Below are positions 49,803 through 62,607 of a stretch of 64,000 nt of DNA, piece after piece. Position 1 is the first letter of the stretch, and every line of letters begins with the position of its first letter. A model generated the notes under the pieces. The model was not told the DNA's origin, searched no databases, and saw only the letters and a list, made by a program, of their open reading frames with translations. Source of the stretch: Octopus sinensis (taxonomy: Eukaryota); the NCBI RefSeq assembly GCF_006345805.1, contig NC_042998.1, positions 158,968,001 to 159,032,000 on the forward strand, read 5' to 3'. The translations under genes were made by a program, and so were the position numbers.

Positions 49803-49918
49803 TATAAATACAGCTGAGTAGGCTCCAGAGTGCTAGGTTTTGCAAACTGTATTCTGACCAATCAGTGTGTAGTATCACTCAATTACTTAAGCTGATTGGT
49901 TGGTTGAGCTGATTGGTT
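49803..49918. promoter_or_regulatory. TATAAATA plus three CCAAT/ATTGG boxes
   Basis: TATAAATA at 49803-49810, CCAAT at 49858, ATTGG at 49895 and 49912 within a repeated AGCTGATTGGTT. No linked gene identified. Confidence 0.3.
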
Positions 49919-50233
49919 TAGGCATCACGCTTTGTTGGACATGTCAAGAGTCCTGTATTTTGACCCTCGCCGAAGCAGCAATTGTTGGGTTATTTTTAGA
50001 AATGTTGTAAATATCCTTTGTCAGAGATTTTTATATTTTTATATTTCAATCGTCATCATCATCATTGTCAGCACCTTAATTATTGTTGCTAGTGGTGATG
50101 GTGGTGGCAATAGAACTTTTAACCCTAAATAAGTTAATTTTTCTGCTATCTTCATCTTGATCACCTTTAGTATTGTTGTTGTTGTTAGTGGTCATGGTCG
50201 TAGCAGTGGAAGTAGTACCTCTAAGTATTATTA

Positions 50234-51310
50234 TTATTGCTTATTTAGCTTGGGTTCGAATTTATCAATACAATTCTTTTCTCTGATTCTCCTCTCGATT
50301 TCACTTGGGCTGTGTAATTTGTAGAACGGAAATAGTATATACATTTTCCGGCCACATGTTGCTAGGTGGTTACTCAAAGGTATCTGACGGGCCTCTGGGT
50401 CTCTAATCTGTTGCCGGTGTACACGTGAGCGTTCTAATAGTGCGTTTCCCGTCTGACCTACATATATTTCTTCACAATTTGGGCATTTGATGCAGTAACT
50501 TAAATTTCTGCTTTTGCAGTTCATATTCGCGTTTGTGAATATTTTCCCGGTTTTTGTGTTTATATATTGACCGGTATGTATGAATTGGCATGTGCCACAT
50601 CGGCTATCATTGCATTTAGATACCGTGAATGTTTGGTCTTTGTTGCTAAGGTCAAATTTTGCCTTTGTTAGTAATGTTTTCAAGTTTTTAGGCTGTCTTT
50701 TACTAAGCACCATAGCTTGATCCGTGATTATGTCTTTTAATTCATTACTTTGGGCAATGATTGGTAGGTTTGCTTTGGCAATGTTGAAGATATTCTGGTG
50801 ACATGGGTTGTGTGTCACTATGAATGGTATGACTTGTTCTTGTTTTCCTCTTCCTTGGGTTGTCCTAAGTTGTTGTATGGGTATTTTTATAGCCCGCTGT
50901 ATGCCATTTTCTATAAGTAGAGATGGGTATTTTCGTTTGAGCAAAAATTCTCTTAGTTCTATTAGGCGTTTGTTCCTGATATTTGCATCTTATACAATGG
51001 TACAAATTCTTCTGGCTAGGCAGTATGAGATGTTACGTTTTGTATGTGGTGGATGGCACGACTTAAAATTTAGGTATTGATGTGTGTCTGTGTGTTTATA
51101 GTATATATCTGTGGTGATGGTGGTGTCTTTTTTAATTACCATTATATCTAGGAATGGTAATTTGGTACTACTCATCTCCTTTGTAAATTGGAGAGATGGG
51201 TGTAGGTTGTTCAGGAGGATATTGAACTCTTCCAGAGTATTTAGAGATTCTGTCCAGATTATGAAGCAGTCGTCTAGGTATCTCTTCCATGCCTTTTCAA
51301 TATACTTTAT
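50234..51310 (-). pseudogene. 5'-truncated Neptune-like PLE ORF (RT C-terminus and GIY-YIG endonuclease), one premature stop
   Basis: A single frame runs WKRYLDDCFIIW, LPFLDI, TDIYYKHTDTHQYL, TAA at 50990-50992, CNDSRCGTC, LSYCIKCPNCEEIYVGQT, RVH, NH and EPKLN*. Begins at a (CT)n tract and ends in TAA repeats. Confidence 0.92.
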
Positions 51311-52359
51311 AAAGAGAGAGAGAGGGGGTGAGAGAGAGAGAGAGAGAGAGGAGATAAAATTAATGTTGTGAAACTATGGGTTTAAAGTAAAGAGTTTAAA
51401 ATCTATAGTTTAAATTCATTCAATTTATTCTACATTTTCCAATACACATTGCGTTGGGAAGCATCTCTGAACACCCTGAATACATAACAATTTCTTCTTA
51501 CATTCTTCTTACAATTTGTGACGCGTAAAGTTTATTGACGCTTTTGACTTGTTTTATTTATTTATATCTGAATCCAATCTTGAAATGTAACTTACATAAT
51601 ATTTTGAATGACTTGTCTTTGGGTTATGAAGAGATGACCTTCCATCTTGAAAATGTAGATATTAGAAACCTAAATCGACAGCCAGTGGTTGTCTTCTGAA
51701 GCGTCGACATGAAAGCCTGTCGGCAATACGTTTGGTGTTGGTTACTGACTAACTCTATTGGCTGCAGAGCATTAGCAAACCTGAACAAAATATAGGCCAT
51801 TTTTATGTTTGTGCACTTGATATTATTGTGTGTGTATGTGTGCGTGTGTGTGCGTGCGTGTACGTGCGTGCGTGTGTGTATATATGCACGTTAATGTATG
51901 AGAGAGACAGACAGATAGACAGAGAAGCAGTTGGATGTATTGCCATGCCACGAGAACAAAAGATACAATTATTTATATCTCATTCTGTAGAATAATAAAT
52001 AGCTTAGCACGAGGCAGAGCAGCTGTTTCATCTTGCACAACTTCACTGGAAATTCTCACTAAAAACATGTGAATATTATGTTTGATAATGTATTTTCATA
52101 TCCCTCCGTTCCTCATCTTTTTTTAATTTAATTTTATAGCATTTTGTTGTGATTTTACATTTTTAAAATGTATCGATTGAATATGAAAAGCTGAAGTGTT
52201 TCTTCCTTCTGGCATATAAATGATATGAAAAGAATATCCGAATATTCGTTGATATATCTTTTTTTAATTTTATACATACCGACCGACTGCATGTCGAGGC
52301 TTGCTTTTATTCCGGATGCAACACAGGTCTCAGCAACCTAAACAATTTTTTATTGTTTA

Positions 52360-52465
52360 GATTACCGTATTGTTAACTTGCACACTTCATTTCGTGAGGC
52401 TATAATGTTTCTGATTACCGTATTGTTAACTTGCACACTTCATTTCGTGAGGCTATAATGTTTCT
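52360..52465. repeat. Perfect 53-bp tandem duplication
   Basis: 52360-52412 is identical to 52413-52465. Confidence 0.95.
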
Positions 52466-52671
52466 AAACAGGAGCGCAGAGATGATTCTGTGGATAGGGT
52501 AGCTGGTTTTCAATTAGTCCAGTGATCAATAGTTCATATTTACTCGTCGGTACTACTCTGCACTGCATCTGTGTTCAAGAAACTCGAGTTTCAAATGTCC
52601 TGCTCCAACCTAGCTGTAAAGGTTTAACGAGACAACTTACTGCTGTCAACAGCGATTGCACTGTGTAAAAT

Positions 52672-52810
52672 TGGTTTCAAATTTTGATACAAGGCCGGTA
52701 AGTTCCGGGGAGGGGTAAGTCGATTACATCGACCCCAGTGCTCAATTGGTATTTATTTTATCGATCACGAAAGCATGAAAGACGGATGAATTGCCGCTAA
52801 GCATTTCGCT
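52672..52810 (-). mobile_element. SINE family B, internally deleted
   Basis: GTCGATTACATCGACCCCAGT...GAAAGACGGATGAATTGCCGCTAAGCATTTCG; the central B-box segment is missing. Confidence 0.7.
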
Positions 52811-52984
52811 TTCTTTTTGCAGAGTTTAACTTCTCCTCTTAAGTAATACAAAATGGGCAAAACTTTTTTCTTAACCCACATAGGTCACATGTTTATAGAG
52901 TAACCCTTTCTCTTTAAATCTTCTTCCTGTTCTTCACGGTAGGCAAATAAAGGGTTTTCCAGCAAGAGGGAATGTGTTGTCATT

Positions 52985-53955
52985 CAGTTCTTGAATGAGA
53001 GTTGCAGGCTGTCCGACATTCTCAGAATGTGTAGGTTTACGGAGATGACACAATTGACAAAAACAATGTGCACAGGTGTATGAAGAAGTTTAAAGAGGGA
53101 GAAACCAGCATTCAAGACAAAAGACGCAGTATGAGACCAACAACTGCAACCATTGACACGAATCGTCAGCGAGTGAACACTAATTCGCGTGAACAGGCAA
53201 ATCACAATCCTTGATCTTACTGAATAAGAGGATGCGGTCACAATACATTACAGAAGATGGTGGAAAACGTTGGATATCGGAAAGTATGTGCAAAGAGGGT
53301 ACCTCAGCAGTCCACACCAGATCTGAAGGCGAAAACAGCGGAAGTCTGCTCTGATCTGCTGAAGCAATTGAAGCACTTTTTCCAACTGTGTAACATAGGA
53401 CAAATCTTAATTGCATCATTATGGTTTGGAAATGAAGGCTCAGTCCATAGAATAGTATGAATGCATAAAATGTTCGAGAGCTAGCGATCGGCAGAGAAAG
53501 TTATTGTACAGTTTCGGGGATTGACGAAGCTGTCTTTCTCCTTGATTGTTTTGAAACGTTGTTTTACTGTGACCAGCGAACGCTACATTGAGATACTCAA
53601 ATAGCTTAGACACATCATTAGGAGGAAGAGACGGAGTAAAAATCTGAAAACTATCTACATTCACCATGACGATACGTGACCACAATCCATTTCGGCAACA
53701 AATCAAACAATCATCAAACTGATTTTGTTGATAGTCTCTCATCTACCATAAAGATTGGATCTGGCGCCATCTGACTTCCATTTAATTCGATCCACTCAAG
53801 GAGTCTTCAGTGAAAGTGACTGTGAAGAAGTGGATACAAGAGCGAGAACTTACATTTTTTTCAAAGAGGATTGGAAAGCTGGGTTTAGCGATAGCGCAAA
53901 TGTATCGCTTGTGATGGAGACTCTCTCAGTGGTGCCTTTGTATAGAAGAATAGTT
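52985..53955 (+). pseudogene. Heavily decayed mariner transposase
   Basis: KKFKEGETSIQDKRRSMRPTTA, GYRKVCAKRVPQ, HHDDT and DLAPSDFHL across several frames with stops. No TIRs found. Confidence 0.8.
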
Positions 53956-54943
53956 ACTTTATCAACAATTTGAACAACTTATATCAGTTAACCAAAGAAG
54001 TTATGCTCGTTTTTGCACTACTTTGCACTAAAACCCTGGTAGAATCAAAATTCAAATTGTTGTTGTTGTTGTTGTTTTTGGTGGTGGGTAACAGCGGGAG
54101 CAGCGTCAGTGGAAGCACAGCAGCGGTGGCAGCGACAGTGTCGGTGTCTGTGGTGACGGTGATTGCGATGGTGGTGGCGGTGGTTGTGCGCTGATGACGA
54201 TGATGCCGATGATGATGATTAATCCATGGACTGATATTTGTTTTATAGCGCAGAAGTGTGTTCTCAGCGTCCATACTTTAATCAAGAAAGAAATATCTAA
54301 AGGCGGTATCGCATGATGTTGGTGGATTTCAATTCCATCGATTAATCTTTCCACTTTTGCTGTCTTTCGTCCATTTTTCTCTTTCTACTCCCCCTCTCTC
54401 TCTCTCTCTTTCTCTCATTCACTCACTCCCTCATTCACTAACTCATATAAACATACACACACATTACATACGCATACACGGACACTCCAACATACAACTA
54501 GCAGAAATATCTCAATTCAATATGAACATTATTACGTTGAAAACAACGTTTTTTTTTCCATACATGATTCAATAATTTTGTAAAGTAGTAGGAAGACAAT
54601 AAAGAAAGGAAGGAGGAAAAGAATCTCCAAACTACAGAATTTTTTAAAATACAAAATAAAACAAGTATATAAATAACGGAAAGAATTACGAAATGATTTC
54701 TTACTGGATATACATACTATAGAAAATATCGTGCGTACGTGACATGTTGGTATTTCTGGAATTAACTATTATAGTTTATGTTAATTAAATTTTAACCTAA
54801 TCATTTGAGATTTTATCAACACCACATTCAGTTTCCCTATCATCATCAAGATCGGGATGTAGAAAGGGAACATTTAAATTCTGTTTCTATAATGTTAACC
54901 GGATTCAGTTATATATATATATATATATATACATAGCTAAAGG

Positions 54944-54984
<41 letters not shown>

Positions 54985-54988
<4 letters not shown>

Positions 54989-55590
54989 ACCCTTTGCTTG
55001 ACCTTCCCTTCCTTCCTTGTCTTCCTCTTTGCCTGTCTCACTTTTTCGCCCTTTCTGGTTTCCTTTCCTCTCTCTCTCTCTCTCTCACTCCTCCTCATCT
55101 CTCTCACAGCTGGGCGACCACTTCCTTTCGCTTGCGGTCTCCTTACAAGTGAACACGCTTTTTTCCTGCGCTCTTAAAAATCTTTCCTCGTCTAGGCCAA
55201 AAAAGGCCCTCATTGTTTGTTTTCTTGTTTGTTTTTATTTCTTGTACTGTATTTTTTTTGTAATTGTATTTTTATTTTGTAATTTTATTTGTATCGTTTT
55301 TACGTCCTGTTTTTGTCACATTTTTTTCTTTCCTTGTTTTTACCCCTCTACAAAGGAATTTTATTTAATTCTTTCGCAGGAAGGACTAGTTCGACGAGTC
55401 GTGTTCTGTCCTCACCTTCGAAACACGCATGGAGTCGAACTAGGGACAGCTGATGAAGGGGAAGTTTCCTTGTGTTGTTTGTCTTGTACTCTGTTTTTTC
55501 GTTATTAAAAAAAAGGTATGTTTCCATGTTTGTTTTTACGTTTTCGTTTCTCGTTGAGTTCTACGTCTATTTGTGGTGTCCTGTACTCAC
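54985..55590 (+). mobile_element. Probable PLE 3' UTR/pseudo-LTR remnant with decayed HHR elements
   Basis: Pyrimidine-rich block between microsatellites. Inverted repeat CTAGTTCGAC/GTCGAACTAG around GAAACACGC, plus CTGATGAAGGGG at 55450. Confidence 0.45.
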
Positions 55591-55680
55591 GTATATATAT
55601 TTATATATGCATGTATATATACATGTAGATATAGGTACGTACATATATGTATGTATGTATGCATATATTTTATTTATTAA

Positions 55681-55719
<39 letters not shown>

Positions 55720-55752
55720 CATATATAAATATATATATTACATACATACATG

Positions 55753-55799
<47 letters not shown>

Positions 55800-55849
55800 T
55801 TCATTTGTAGGGTAAGTAGACTATCATTGCTTTTTTGCTGGGAGATATC

Positions 55850-55954
55850 ACTCCCCACGTGGTATCTTGGGAAAGTATTTACTACTATAGCCACAGGCCG
55901 ACCAAAACTTTGTGAGTGGATTTGGTAGACAAAAACTAAAAGAAGCCCGTCGAA

Positions 55955-55998
<44 letters not shown>

Positions 55999-56098
55999 GC
56001 CCCGCCATCGCTTGACAACCAATGGAGGTGTGTTTATGTCCTCGTAACATAGCGGTTCGGCAAATGAGAACGATAAAATAAGGACTAGGCTCACAAAT
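55850..56098 (+). mobile_element. SINE family A
   Basis: GGCCGACCAAAACTTTGTGAGTGGATTTGGTAGAC...CTTGACAACC...GCGGTTCGGCAA. Confidence 0.8.
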
Positions 56099-56140
56099 AA
56101 TATATCTCCCTTTTGTTTTGGAATACATAGACATAATAAT

Positions 56141-56174
56141 CAGCCGGTAGACATAATAAAATGTCTACCGGCTG
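56141..56174. repeat. Perfect 14-bp-arm inverted repeat
   Basis: CAGCCGGTAGACAT-aataaa-ATGTCTACCGGCTG. Confidence 0.9.
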
Positions 56175-56942
56175 CTGTATGTCATTTCTGTATCTCCTCC
56201 ATTTTCTTTTTGCCGTATAAAATCAGGGTAAACCACTTTCTACCCCGCCCATATATGACACTCGATTGTTAAATTACCACGCAATAACCAGCACTTGGGT
56301 ATCAATAATTGGGCCCGCTACCAGCAGTATATTGGATAGGTACTGTCCCTTAGTTGGTTGGCCTCCCAACCTCAAACTCTTACGGAAATGCTTGTGGGAC
56401 TCGAATCCACATCTTTTCTAGAGATGTCTACATTTAGGTCCAATATTCCAAGTAAAGGGTTTTTCGTTAACTCGAAAATTTATAAAATTCTTGTCAATAC
56501 ATACACACACACATACATATATACATAATCTCTCTTCCCCTCTCTTTATATGTATTTTTCTCTGTGTGTGAGTGTATCGAGAGAGAGCATGTATGTATAT
56601 ATGTATTTGTTTATGTATGTATTTATATATATAAGAAAAATAACGCATTGACTATTAGATTTGGGAATATATCGATTTACACGATAAAATAAATGATAAA
56701 ATTTTATTAAAGCATGTTGCTTTTTTACATGAATAGGTTAGTCAGTCGTTTATGGAGATGGTAAAGCAACTGGTCTAATGGTTAGGCTATTGGATTCACG
56801 ATCAACGCTTTGTATCCTTTGACAAGGTACACATCTACTCATCCACGCAGCTGACATTCCGTTGCAACTACTGCAGAGTCGCTGGTTTTAAACTATTCAC
56901 ATATAGCAATGAAGAGGATTTTCTCAATAGACTGTATTTGCA

Positions 56943-56981
56943 CACATTTTCGACTCTGATATAAATAGAGTCGAAAATGTG
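56943..56981. repeat. Perfect 15-bp-arm inverted repeat
   Basis: CACATTTTCGACTCT-gatataaat-AGAGTCGAAAATGTG. Confidence 0.9.
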
Positions 56982-57059
56982 AAAAGAATATGGGCGGGGC
57001 ATGTCTTGATCAGTCGTGTGTGAGTATATATATATATATATAAAATAATAATAATAAAT

Positions 57060-57302
57060 GTGCCCTTTTAAAGCTTAGCCAGTCTCATGGGCCCGGTTTC
57101 CCGGCTTCAATGGCGTATGTGTTCCCCAGCTGGGCGGGACGCCAGCCCATCGCAGCGTTACTCATTTTTGCCAGCTGAGTGGAATGGAGCAACGTGAAAT
57201 GAAGTGTTTTGCTCAAGAACACAACGCGTCGCCCGGTCCAGGAATCGAAACCACAATCTTACGATCATAATGCTCACATCCTAACCACTAAGCCACGCGC
57301 CT

Positions 57303-57305
<3 letters not shown>
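57060..57305 (-). mobile_element. tRNA-derived SINE (third family; V-domain-like centre)
   Basis: Minus strand has an A box TGGCTTAGTGG and a B box GGTTTCGATTCC, centre GCGATGGGCTGGCGTCCCGCCCAG, and a tail ending at (ATT)n. The V-domain resemblance is from recollection. Confidence 0.8.
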
Positions 57306-57389
<84 letters not shown>

Positions 57390-60300
57390 CACGACTAATC
57401 AAGACATGCCCCCTCTCCCATTCTTTATGTAAGGTTAAAATTCTACAAAGTAATAAAATATGAGTCTTCAAGCAAATAAGGACCAGATCAAATCGCAAGT
57501 ATTTAAATCCTAAGCGAAATCCACTTCCTTCGAATCAGTAGGATATAATACTGACGTGCATCACTCTTAATACGTTTCGGAATACTCAAACGTAAATATG
57601 CTGCTTGTAATTTGTCTTCGGAGGAAACACGCTTGATTCATCGAAGTAAAGGGACTTCGAGACACCGCAGGTTTCAACCTAGTTAAGTCCCTTCATCAGA
57701 ATCCATACCTGGATCAATGACTCTAAACAAGAATTTTTGCTTTTGTTTACAGAAATTTACAAACAAATTATCTGGTGATGCATGTTGATGTTTGTCAAAC
57801 AGATAATACATCGTCACATGCACAGAGAAGAGCATTCATTCTTAATACGTTCAGTTTCTCAAAGGGCCCCAAACTCAATGAATTAAGTACGTTATGGACA
57901 CATTGTCTGAAAGAAGAAATTGTTTTCCATAAACAAAATACAACTGTGGCGAACACATTCATGTTTCAATTTGCCAGAACGTATTACGAATGAAGATGTG
58001 CGTCCTTGTTTTGATTTTCGCTGTTCTCTATGCATGTGACTATTTACTATTTCTAAGTTATATTTTCTTGGAAGTTTAGTTTCACAGAGTTTATTTGAAC
58101 AATAAAAGATGGATGTCTAATCATGTAGAATATGGGGTTTGAGTGTACGTTCTTGTAGTTGAGAGTAAACTTCCCACATCCACCCCAAATCGTTGTGTGA
58201 AAACTACTGTCAAAGAGAGTCTATTAAAGGAACTTCTTTGTTAATGAATCTCAATTAAATATATTTTCCTAAATATTTACAAAGCTTAGCTAACGCTTTC
58301 GATCTTTTCTCCATACGATGGGGACTCATTATTAATTACTGTAAGGAAATACAAATCAAACACAAATTGAATTTTAAAAGATCTAAATTAAAATAGCGTT
58401 CAATGTTCCAGTCATCTTTTCACATGTGTTTTAAATGATTGTTATAAAAGTCAACGAAACACTCACCAAGTTTACAGTGCTATCGCTGATTACAGTAATG
58501 ATGTTTAATATCTTGCAACTACATTAAGCTTACGATGGAGTCTGTACTCGGTCGTTTAACCTCCTAAAAACAGAAGACAGATCCCACACAAATCTCACCT
58601 TGTCGCCTTAATTATGACGCATTGAACAATTATACACAAAGAGGTAGGATGGTAACGGGTGGGACATCTTTGATTATTAGTTTGAATCAGGATTTACCTT
58701 GATATAAACAACGTTCCACTGTATGGAGGAGGCTGTTGAAAATTAACAGGGCGTAACTCCGGTGATTAATTAAGATACTAGCCTCTGATCAGTTAGTTGT
58801 CTATCTATCTACCCTGTCATATGTAAATCACACAAGCAGAGGACAGAAATAGATAAATTGTTTCACACAAAGGTATAATAAAGTGCAATAATAGGATAGG
58901 CATTCACTACCCACAAACTGTATGCAATTCCTTATTCGCTCGTGTAGGGCAAAACCATGCTTTTTTTTTCTTTTGTGTCTCTTTTATCCATTTACTTTTT
59001 TTAAAGACAGAATATTGTGACTTTCCTACTTTTAGAAACATCATTACTTATAAAAATAAAATTGAAATGAAATCGTTTCAACTGAGAGAAGTATCGAACC
59101 CGTAATGCGAATATGAGACTGCGGCGCTCGCCCCTATCACCCAACTTCCTATAACTTTTGAACTTTGCAGGCATGCTGCAAAAGTTGCTACATCTCATTA
59201 CAACGGAAATACAATAGTTAGCAATCCGGATTAGTGAGAGGCAATGTTTTAATATGACTGTCAAACGAATAATTCCCGTCCAAATAGTTGTCTTGTCTCA
59301 ACATGCCTAATTTACATGACAATTTCCATTACAAATTGACACACCAAACACTAAATATTTCACTGACGTAGTCAAAGCTAAATTTACTTCATACACTCTC
59401 TTGCCCCATGCAGAAAAAAAAAATACTTCACAAGTTATTTTTCCTCTTCAAAGAAAACACTTCAGAGATTATCGTTGTACTTTTTCTACAATCGCACAGA
59501 TCATACTTTACCAGTCTCAAAGGAAACACTTCAGACTGCCTACGTTTCTCTCCTCTCAGTATCTTTTATTTGTCAAACCTTTGTTTACTTAAGCGATCTG
59601 CGGTCATTGACTTAATGAGATTTTTTCCTTTTTATTCTTCCTTTCTTTTGTAAAAAAGGTAGAGAACAGAGCTGCATGAAGCGCAGACAAAATACTTTAC
59701 AGTTTCTAGTTTCTTTCCGTTCCGGGATCAAATTCTGTCGAAGTCAACTTTGCTTTTCAGCCCTTTGCAGTTAATAAAATAAGTAGCAGTCATGGTGACG
59801 TTTAATAGCCCATACCCTTCACTTGAACATGTTTGATTTTGTACCAGTGTTAAGAATCATTAACATATTTTCCAGCATATGTTGGAATGGCTGATACAGC
59901 AAATAAGACTAAATTTATTGCACTCTTTATACCTCTTCTCTTAACATCCTGGAGTTAAATTTGCTTTCTGAAGCTAATTTTTTTTACATTCCATCAATAA
60001 AATAAGTACCAATTGAATATACCCTTCACCTACAAATTCGAGGCTTAATGCCGACGTTAGATATGGTTGTTATCATTAATTCAAGAGGGAAATGGAGTTA
60101 CAGACACAATATAAACTACTATATAATTTAATGTTTGACTTTAGATTTTCCCTGGGGTCGATTTTCATTTTCATAACCTCTATCTCTCAAGGTGCACAAG
60201 TCATGCACATGTGTAGATCAAGTTTAGTTTTGTCTCACTGCGTTCTCAGTTTAATCAAAACTTACGGTGGCTGAGTTGTTTTCTTCTCACGCTTATGTTA

Positions 60301-60867
60301 CGGAGGAAATTACTTTGCGGTGTTAGTGTCTTAAGGAATATAAATTTGATTTTCACGATGTAGCTTTTCCATTACGTATGATACAGAAACGACTATTTTA
60401 ATCTAATACTGCTTCTGTTGTATACAACAAATTTCATAAATATGTATGTATGTTGTCGGCAATCCCTCGAGGGTGATTGCCCACCAGAGTCAGCTAATAT
60501 AGACTGGTGCCACACCAGAGTAACAAGCCAACAGACCAGCCTAAATAAACTATGAGCGAGTGCGCGCGTATGGTGTGTTTATGAGTATATACACATACAT
60601 ACATATTTATGGAAGCATGTATGCGTGTCTGGCGTGAGGAGTACGTATGTGTGTGCATTTGTGAGTGTATGTATATTCTTTTACTTTTTACCAGTTTCAT
60701 CCTGCGAGCTGTGAATCTGTGCGTGTTAAACTTGCGTGCGTGTGTCGTATATGTATGGCTTCGTGTGTGTGTTCGTTTATCTAGATATATTTTATATAAA
60801 TGATTTATTACATTTAAATAACAGCAGCTATGAGACATCCTATCAAAGAAACATCAATAATGTCCGA

Positions 60868-60948
60868 GAAGAAGAAGAAGAAGAAGAAGAAGAAGAAGAA
60901 GAAGAAGAAGAAGAAGAAGAAGAAGAAGAAGAAGAAGAAGAAGAAGAA
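60868..60948. repeat. (GAA)n microsatellite
   Basis: Seen directly; source of the poly-E and poly-K ORFs. Confidence 0.95.
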
Positions 60949-61672
60949 ACTAAAGGTACTTCAATTTATTTACTATGTAAGAATTGATTGCAAATTCCAC
61001 ACCACGTTTCATTCTTCGGTCGGGAAACGAAAAATAATTACAAGATATTCCGAACAATTCTAAATGACATTCACCCGAAATCCTTATTTATTCTTCACTG
61101 AAGTGATATCAGTTTTGTAAAAGTTTTCAATATCCAAGTTTAAATGTCAAATCCTTGTTTTCATTATGAGAAAGGTTATCTTTATATCACATAGCCATCA
61201 TGTGCTTCAACATCGTTCATGAGATCCCACGAGATCATCACTGCTGGAATACTATTTCCACAGCGAAACACATTGACCCAGCACGTTGGCCACTACACAG
61301 TATCACCCCGACACATCACCATCACCACAAAATCCTTGCTGCTATAACTACAACATTAACAGCACCAGCTACATCGTCACCATCACCATATCGTCACTTC
61401 TGCAACACTAGGGCACCAACCGCACCAACCTCACCATCGCCAAAACATAGCACCACATCACCAAAATATCACCAGACTACTATAACATCACCACCAACAC
61501 CACAACCTTAGCACAATACCACCAAAGTGTCACTACCAACACAACTACAATAATATTGTAGTTATAGTAGAGGAGTTAAAGAGGGGAAACAGCACGACCA
61601 CAAATCATTGTGGAGGGAGTATTTGCTATTTAACTACATTGCCACAATTGGGGTACCATCAAAATGTACGTT

Positions 61673-61714
<42 letters not shown>

Positions 61715-61953
61715 GAGGAAGAGAGAATGTGTGTGAGAATGTTTGTGAATGTGTGTTTGTACATGTGTGTGTGCGCATACGTTTCGGTATCGCATTTTCG
61801 TGAACAATAGCAGTATCCGGTGTAAAGAACTGAAGTCTTTTCCAATCCTAAAGAGAAATCCTAGTTTTAGGAGTAAAGTTTTGTCAACATTACATCAGTA
61901 GAGATTCTTCGGTGTAGCATTTGTTGCAAATCTGAAGGATTTAGCTATTTATT

Positions 61954-62168
61954 CTTTTCTACTCTAGGTACAAGGCCCGAAATTTGGGGGGGAGGGGGCC
62001 AGTCGATTAGATTGACCCCAATACGCAACTGGTACTTAATTTATCAACCTCGAAAGGACGAAAGGCAAAGTCGACCTCGGCGGAATTTGAACTCAGAACA
62101 TAAAGATAGACGAAATACCGCTAAGCATTTCGCCCAACATGCTAACGTTTCTGCCAGCTCGCCGCCTT
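61954..62168 (-). mobile_element. SINE family B, complete, with 16-bp TSD
   Basis: GATTTAGCTATTTATT at 61938-61953 and 62169-62184. Head AGGCGGCGAGCTGGCAGAAACGTTAGC and B-box-like GAGTTCAAATTCC. Confidence 0.92.
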
Positions 62169-62244
62169 GATTTAGCTATTTATTGTTCAGACAAAGGTTG
62201 GATATAAAGCAAGACTCTTTTTGTCATATTTGTAGTGACTATGT

Positions 62245-62607
62245 GTGGTACTGACGACGGCGATAGTGTATGTTATGTTTCCATCGGCAGGTTTCTTCAC
62301 GATGTATGTTCATGAAAGTATTATTTCGTATATTATGACTATTCATAGAAATATATATTTATGGATATATGATTTCAGTGAAATCATTAATGAACAAATT
62401 TCAGAGTATGAGAAAGTCAAATGCATATGTTGCAAAGGAGCTATCCAAGAGGAATTTTTTGACCGAAGAGAAACAAATAGAGCCTACAAGTGGTCAACAC
62501 AGAATGTTCTTATGCCTGACATGATCGAACGTTTAGCTAATTCCAAGAGCAACAGCATGGCTTTCGTCGAAATCTTCAACGATGAGAGATCACTGAAAGA
62601 TCACTGA
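62245..62607 (+). CDS. Possible coding exon(s) of an unidentified protein
   Basis: 120-codon non-repetitive ORF with splice-like signals (TTTGTAG, GTATGT, TTTCAG) and a CICC motif. No homology recognised. Confidence 0.2.
   Translation: MVLTTAIVYVMFPSAGFFTMYVHESIISYIMTIHRNIYLWIYDFSEIINEQISEYEKVKCICCKGAIQEEFFDRRETNRAYKWSTQNVLMPDMIERLANSKSNSMAFVEIFNDERSLKDH

Noticed and set aside
57640-57705. Minus-strand CUGAUGA with a perfect 8-bp stem AGGGACUU/AAGUCCCU
   Set aside because: The GAAA after stem II is absent (UUAC), so it is not a complete hammerhead; worth re-checking only against homologues.
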